Origin: Macrostomum hystrix
Lineage: Eukaryota > Animalia > Platyhelminthes
Length of the DNA stretch: 64,000 nt
Direction of reading: 5' to 3'
NCBI GenBank assembly: GCA_950097015.1
Contig: CATNEN010000039.1
Span: 3,224,001-3,288,000, forward strand
Shown here: in pieces, positions 60,401 to 64,000 of the stretch
How positions within the stretch are numbered: the stretch's first letter is position 1
Layout of the letters: each line of letters opens with the position of its first letter
Made by a program: the position numbers and the translations under genes
The notes under the pieces: model-generated
The model's database searches: none
Seen by the model: only the letters and a program-made list of their open reading frames with translations
What the model was told of the DNA's origin: nothing

Positions 60401-60969
60401 ACACAATCTGCTGCGATTCCAGCAACACATTCTGCTGCGATTCCAGCAACACATTCTGCTGCGATTCCAGCCACACAATCTGCTGCGGATCTAGCCACAA
60501 ATTCTGCTGCGATTCTTGCCAAAAAATCTGCTGCGATTCCAGCACACATTCTGCTGCGATTCCAGCCACACAATCTGCTGCGATTCCAGCCACACATTCT
60601 GTTGCGATTCCAGCCACACATTCTGCTGCGATTCCAGCACACATTCTGCTGCGATTCCAGCCACACAATCTGCTGCGGCAGGCACACATTCTACTACGGT
60701 TCCAGCCACATGCTACGATTCTTATAGTGGATTCCGCTGCGTTTCTCATAGTGGATTCAGCTAAGGTTCTAAACTCTGATTCTGGATTTTATTAAATAAA
60801 TCGGGGAAATTTAAATGCTTTCAGCAAAAAATATCGTTGAGTTTGATCAGTCCAACAGAAACTTACTAGTCGCTTTCGGCTGCTGAGCAATGACAGTTCC
60901 AGCCATAGACAGCAGCAGCAGCAGCAGCAATGTCGCGAACCCGGCAAGTACCAGCCGAGCTGTAGACAT
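6377..60969 (-). CDS. Giant secreted mucin / papilin-like extracellular matrix protein (whole gene model, 17 coding exons, about 16,000 aa)
   Basis: Minus-strand exons 60969-60867, 59193-15589, 15489-15434, 15324-15306, 15227-15130, 14815-14446, 13913-13704, 12746-12504, 12385-12194, 11821-11339, 11213-10056, 9716-9519, 9215-8873, 8405-8081, 7888-7459, 7135-6929, 6462-6377. All have GT-AG boundaries, matching intron phases and one continuous frame. The order TSP1-Kunitz(n)-WAP-Ig(3) matches the C-terminal half of invertebrate papilin/lacunin/MIG-6. Confidence 0.75.
6527..6870. repeat. Degenerate ~16-bp C/A-rich intronic repeat
   Basis: Variants of CATCAATCACCCACCT fill most of the last intron. 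Confidence 0.85.
6929..7135 (-). CDS. Exon 16: second antistasin-like Cys-rich domain
   Basis: CAATAG|CC; ECQPTRCQQKCRFGYKRDSAGCLTCSCVSPC...; donor G|GTGAGC. Confidence 0.85.
7459..7888 (-). CDS. Exon 15: end of Ig domain 2 and Ig domain 3
   Basis: CCTCAG|GGA; DGTYLCLASNGIG, GGSLVLTCSV...IWYK...DLRLSPIRREDAGRYFC; donor A|GTGAGT. Confidence 0.9.
8081..8405 (-). CDS. Exon 14: end of Ig domain 1 and start of Ig domain 2
   Basis: AAAAG|G CGA CCG (phase 2); GSLWLARAELADSGIYSC and TALLKCAARGQPSPRVQWFR; donor GAG|GTGTGT. Confidence 0.88.
8873..9215 (-). CDS. Exon 13: WAP domain (6 Cys) and start of Ig domain 1
   Basis: GTTTCAG|TT; KLGSCP...CSQDLECPGAQKCC...CTEP then ALEGDPVRLACRGSG...VTWEKNG; donor GG|GTGGGT in phase 2. 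Confidence 0.85.
9519..9716 (-). CDS. Exon 12: antistasin-like Cys-rich domain
   Basis: GATCCAG|AA...CCT G|GTTAGT; ECNAQLSVCPSDCPFGRHRQFTRADGCRICRCHDPC... fits C-C-xxx-CPFG...DGCxxCxC. Confidence 0.85.
10056..11213 (-). CDS. Exon 11: five Kunitz or Kunitz-like domains (2 canonical, 3 divergent)
   Basis: ORF 9970..11187 contains CFLDADPGPCGESLMRFAYNPETGSCREMRYGGCLGNRNRFLSLAECRSIC and CLHP...RYYYNFDTGQCSEFVYNGCGGSPNRFGSHLECQARC. Donor G|GTGAGC. The acceptor is at 11213, or alternatively at 11171 (same phase). Confidence 0.9.
11339..11821 (-). CDS. Exon 10: two canonical BPTI/Kunitz domains
   Basis: CSLPMDEGPCAETHSRYFYDSNRRSCREFVYGGCQGNRNRFLNAVDCERTC and CHLPPSTGSC...RYFFDANIGRCRKFKYTGCGGNANNFETEEDCYYAC; TGTAG|AC and G|GTGAGA. 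Confidence 0.92.
12019..12146. repeat. 36-bp intronic tandem repeat, about 3.5 copies, with related fragments at 11885-11925
   Basis: Unit ACCAGACACCCACCCCAGACCCGACACCCTCCCCTG. Confidence 0.9.
12194..12385 (-). CDS. Exon 9: divergent Kunitz-like domain 3 (absent from the ORF track)
   Basis: CTTTTAG|AT...GCC G|GTGAGT; DRCFASFEINSDVTHCESPHDMYFYSDQQRACIRRTVCPNDSLAGNSFGTLDECRQHC. Confidence 0.8.
12504..12746 (-). CDS. Exon 8: divergent Kunitz-like domain 2
   Basis: CATTAG|AC...CAG G|GTGTGA; RCAMP...AC...RYRYSASTGAC...AC...FFADRGACGVAC. Confidence 0.75.
12823..12996. repeat. 16-17-bp G-run minisatellite, about 10 copies; a 2-copy relative lies at 8563-8593
   Basis: G(5-7)CGCCACTACCA in tandem; both loci end in the variant GGCGCCATTACCAG. 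Confidence 0.92.
13704..13913 (-). CDS. Exon 7: Kunitz-like domain 1 (4 Cys)
   Basis: CCCAG|AC...CAG C|GTGAGA, phase 1-1; PC...FGYVPNNGLCAAYEY...GSANRFDTLAMCEASC. Confidence 0.75.
14446..14815 (-). CDS. Exon 6: ADAMTS/papilin-type TSP1-like modules (2, divergent)
   Basis: TTTTTACAG|TGC. The spliced sequence SPWSE-CVCDHMTQESYMTREVWCVDAYRDPLPLRTC...RSC fits WSxC...TRxVxC...C...C; the second module is WQHDNCSAGNYRILTPTC...FC...SC. Donor G|GTGCGT was chosen; alternative donors exist at 14504 and 14509. Confidence 0.75.
15130..15227 (-). CDS. Exon 5: linker and start of the TSP1-like module
   Basis: ACTTCAG|TT CGA...TGG TCT GAG|GTGAGT; (L)RAHAGVEGTDYPYLVFNDTKQFSGLDFSPWSE. It supplies the WS motif that joins the Cys at the start of the next exon. 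Confidence 0.75.
15306..15324 (-). CDS. Exon 4: 19-nt microexon
   Basis: AATTCCAG|GACGTGCGTGAAATCGGAC|GTAAGT; DVREIG; phase 0 to 1. It is needed to keep the frame between exons 3 and 5. Confidence 0.6.
15434..15489 (-). CDS. Exon 3: linker
   Basis: TTGCAG|CT TCG...TCT GGG|GTAAGT; (A)SPLLFSTPFPPMRGIDSG; phase 1 to 0. Confidence 0.65.
15589..59193 (-). CDS. Exon 2: 43,605-bp exon encoding the CCxxC-containing N-terminal segment and the Ser/Thr-rich mucin-like tandem repeat domain
   Basis: Contains the uninterrupted 14,526-aa ORF 15569..59149. The frame stays open upstream to acceptor TTTTTCAG|CC GGA TTC at 59193 (phase 1). Putative donor ACG G|GTTCGT at 15589. The ORF-track GTG start is not the real start. 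Confidence 0.9.
15755..58907 (-). repeat. Coding 168-bp (56-aa) tandem repeat, about 255 copies, with 153-bp and 156-bp variants
   Basis: Consensus approx. TPSIETESPSSAASTAATGEPEATSTARVETRTVGTSEATATSTVSASTESSSASV. The observed length variants are in-frame (15-bp and 12-bp deletions). Confidence 0.98.
60012..60712. repeat. 24-bp minisatellite in intron 1 of the giant gene, about 29 copies
   Basis: Unit CAGCAACACATTCTGCTGCGATTC, degenerating toward 60700. Confidence 0.97.
60867..60969 (-). CDS. Exon 1: signal peptide (absent from the ORF track)
   Basis: gccATG then MSTARLVLAGFATLLLLLLLSMAGTVIA|QQPKAT: basic n-region, poly-Leu h-region and a V-I-A cleavage motif. It ends at a consensus donor A|GTAAGT in phase 1, matching the giant exon acceptor. 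Confidence 0.85.
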
Positions 60970-62378
60970 GGCCCGGTCACTGTGGACACTGTGGTAGCTG
61001 ATTCGTGGGAGTCTCTGAAAGTCAGCGAGTGTCGAGTTTTGTTTTTGAATAGCCGACGGCGCGGTGCTTTAACGAAAGTGGGCTCGCAGCGCTTAGCTTT
61101 GGCCTTTGTAGGGCGGCGGGGTCACTTGGCGGCGGCTAAGGCGGGCTCTTAAAGGGCAGTTACAGTTGAATGCGCAATTTTTCTAACTGATAGCATCGCG
61201 TTGAAATAAATTTTAAACACAAGAAGCTGGACAAAGCCGGTTGACAATCTGGACTGAAATTGGCTGGCGCGCTTTGGGGTGGGTGCTTTCGGCTAACTTT
61301 TTCGTTAACATTTCTCATTGCGATATTATTAAAACTGATGGGAATGGTATCTGAATGGTATCGTCACTAGCAGAACAGCTAGTGTTTTTCGAATGCATTG
61401 TTTCTACTCGTAAATAAACTCTCGTGTTCTGAATAGGGAAAGCCCGAGAATTGCCATAGACTATAAGTACTATAAGTGGGTTGCAATGCAAAAAATATTT
61501 TCTAATGCTTGAAATGTTCGAATTTGTATTATTAAAGGCAGGTATCTCGGTATTTTTTATAAATTAGAATATTAAATTCATGAAAAATTATTTATAGGGA
61601 ATTTTCACTCATTTAGCAATTATCGTTAAAATGCTAGACAATTAGATTACACCTGGCCTATGAGGTTAGCCCATAGATAAAAACTCGGAGCTGGTCAAAC
61701 CTTTCCAAACTAAGATATCCAGTGGTTTCGAGGTGACTATCAAAGCCAAAGCATGTCTGAGGCAACTGTAAAGTCCATCTCAGTCTGTCCCAAGCACAGA
61801 TTGGCAAGTGGGACTTTGGATTGACACCTCGAACGGGCTTTTCCAAAAACTGGCCAACATCCAACTATGAAGTCCAACTATGAAGACATGCGTTTAAACA
61901 TTAGACGGCCCTAGGACTAAATACAGGTCAAACGGTCAAAGGAGACAGGCTTCTGACAGCGGAAAGGCGTCAAGTCTAATGACGCATTGTCCGTCAAACA
62001 TTGGGCTGGGCCGATTTGTTTAATTTGATTGATGCTGAAAAGCTAAATATACACTTGAATGTCTTTAGAGATTCTGCAGTCAGTTCAGATGCTGAACAAA
62101 GATAATCACAACCTGATGCTACTTATAGTGTCAGTCCATGTAGGCACTGGATTACAGAGGGGATGGCTGGTGGAGAGACCAGTCTTTATGAATGGTTCAA
62201 AGCTGCAGAAAAACTTGTCCTGTAAGTCGCAGTAGAAATAGAGAATGTGCAAATCTGACTGCGACTGACGGTTAAAACCACTTTTATTAAAGAACTGCTT
62301 CAGCGTTCGAGTTTTTTAAATTCGAAGCAATTTTAGCAGCTAAAGCTGAACTTATAGTCAGCGTGCTCTGACTGCGCT

Positions 62379-63280
62379 TTTAGGTATCGTATCAATGTAC
62401 TTTTAGGTATCGCATCAATGTACTCTTAATTTTCGCATCAATATACTCTTAGTTATCGCACTAATGTAATCTTAGTTATCGCATCAATGTACTCTTAGTT
62501 ATCGCACCAATGTAATATTAGTTATCGCATCAATGTACTCTTAGTTATCGCACCAATGTAATATTAGTTATCGCATCAATGTACTCTTAGTTATCGCACC
62601 AATGTAATATTAGTTATCGCATCAATGTACTCTTAGTTATCGCACCAATGTAATATATGTTATCGCATCAATGTACTCTTAGTTATCGCACCAATGTAAT
62701 ATTAGTTATCGCATCAATCTACTCTTGCTTATCGCATCAATGTACTTTTAGGTATTGCATCAATGTAATATTAGTTATCGCATCAATGTACTTTTAGGTA
62801 TCGCATCAATGTACTCTTAATTTTCGCATCAATATACTCTTAGTTATCGCACCAATGTAATATTAGTTATCGCATCAATGTACTCTTAGTTATCGCACCA
62901 ATGTAATATTAGTTATCGCATCAATGTACTCTTAGTTATCGCACCAATGTAATATTAGTTATCGCATCAATGTACTCTTAGTTATCGCACCAATGTAATA
63001 TTAGTTATCGCATCAATGTACTCTTAGTTATCGCACCAATGTAATATTAGTTATCGCATCAATCTACTCTTGCTTATCGCATCAATGTACTTTTAGGTAT
63101 TGCATCAATGTAATATTAGTTATCGCATCAATGTACTTTTAGGTATCGCATCAATGTACTCTTAATTTTCGCATCAATATACTCTTAGTTATCGCACCAA
63201 TGTAATATTAGTTATCGCATCAATGTAATCTTAGATATCGCATCAATGTACTCTTAGTTATCGCATCAATGTACTCTTAG
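62379..63280. repeat. 23-bp minisatellite with a 46-bp dimer and longer higher-order blocks
   Basis: Alternating TTAGTTATCGCATCAATGTACTC and TTAGTTATCGCACCAATGTAATA. A distinctive TTAATTTTCGCATCAATATAC variant recurs near 62426, 62817 and 63162. Confidence 0.95.
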
Positions 63281-63538
63281 TTTTGTAGACCAGGAATTCT
63301 TTAGATAGCGCAAAGGCCACGAACTACGTACAAAGGAAATTCGATATATTTATACTAACAAATTATGACTAGAGGTGACAATGGCACGTGGAGAGCAAGG
63401 AGTAAGAACAGAGCACCTTGTGTCGCACGCGCAGGTGACACACCCGGCCCACGCACGCATAGGAAGAATGGACGTGCATTGCGCAACGACAAGTTAATAG
63501 AGTACATTCAAGTCCGGTTGAATATTCAAGTCACAACA
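63281..63538. mobile_element. Probable solo LTR or short inserted element, 258 bp
   Basis: Unique sequence interrupting the satellite, flanked by direct CTTAG at 63276-63280 and 63539-63543. Termini TTTTGT...ACAACA are one mismatch from the inverted pair TGTTGT...ACAACA. TATA-like TATAAATA on the minus strand near 63350. Confidence 0.65.
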
Positions 63539-64000
63539 CTTAGTTATCGCATCAGTGTACTCTTAGGTATTGCATCAATGTGCTCTTAGATATCGCATCA
63601 ATGTACTTTTAGGTATCGCAACAATGTACTTTTAGGAACCGCAACAATGTACTCTTAGGTATCGCATCAATTACTCTTAGGTATCGCATCAATTACTCTT
63701 GGGTATCGCATCAATTACTCTTGGGTATCGCATCAATTACTCTTGGGTATCGCATCAATTACTCTTGGGTATCGCATCAATTACTCTTGGGTATCGTCTT
63801 CATATACTCTTGGGTATCGTCTTCATATACTCTTGGGTATCGTCTTCATATACTCTTGGGTATCGTCTTCATATACTCTTGGGTATCGTCTTCATATACT
63901 CTTGGGTATCGTCTTCATATACTCTTGGGTATCGTCTTCATATACTCTTGGGTATCGTCTTCATATACTCTTGGGTATCGTCTTCATATACTCTTGGGTA
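63539..64000. repeat. Continuation of the 23-bp satellite, changing to 22-bp and then new 23-bp variants; runs off the window end
   Basis: TCTTAGGTATCGCATCAATGTAC, then TCTTGGGTATCGCATCAATTAC (22 bp), then TCTTGGGTATCGTCTTCATATAC (23 bp). Confidence 0.95.

Noticed and set aside
59941-60795. Cys-rich 284-aa ORF (CCDSSNTF)n as a metallothionein-like gene
   Set aside because: It starts at a non-ATG codon, the repeat unit is open in all six frames, and 1-bp indels occur in the degenerate end, so it is best explained as a minisatellite.

Overview
Eukaryotic (invertebrate animal) genomic DNA with short GT-AG introns and many minisatellites. This style is compatible with a free-living flatworm such as Macrostomum, but that is only an inference. 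The window is dominated by one apparently complete minus-strand gene (ATG 60969 to TAA 6377) that I spliced by hand into 17 phase-consistent coding exons, giving about 16,000 aa. Its architecture is: signal peptide; a short N-terminal segment with two CCxxC motifs; about 14,400 aa of Ser/Thr/Ala/Glu mucin-like 56-aa repeats (about 255 copies, all in one 43.6-kb exon); 2 TSP1-like modules; about 10 Kunitz domains; antistasin-like; WAP; 3 Ig; antistasin-like; short tail. The C-terminal part is papilin/lacunin-like, but the N-terminal papilin cassette and the C-terminal PLAC domain are not seen, so this looks like a giant mucin-papilin chimera. The mucin array has nested higher-order repeats (840, 1497, 9336 and 9840 bp). 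Also present are a small convergent two-exon plus-strand orphan gene (3395-4476), several minisatellites, and a probable solo LTR with a 5-bp target-site duplication inside a satellite. All splice calls are manual and have no transcript support.
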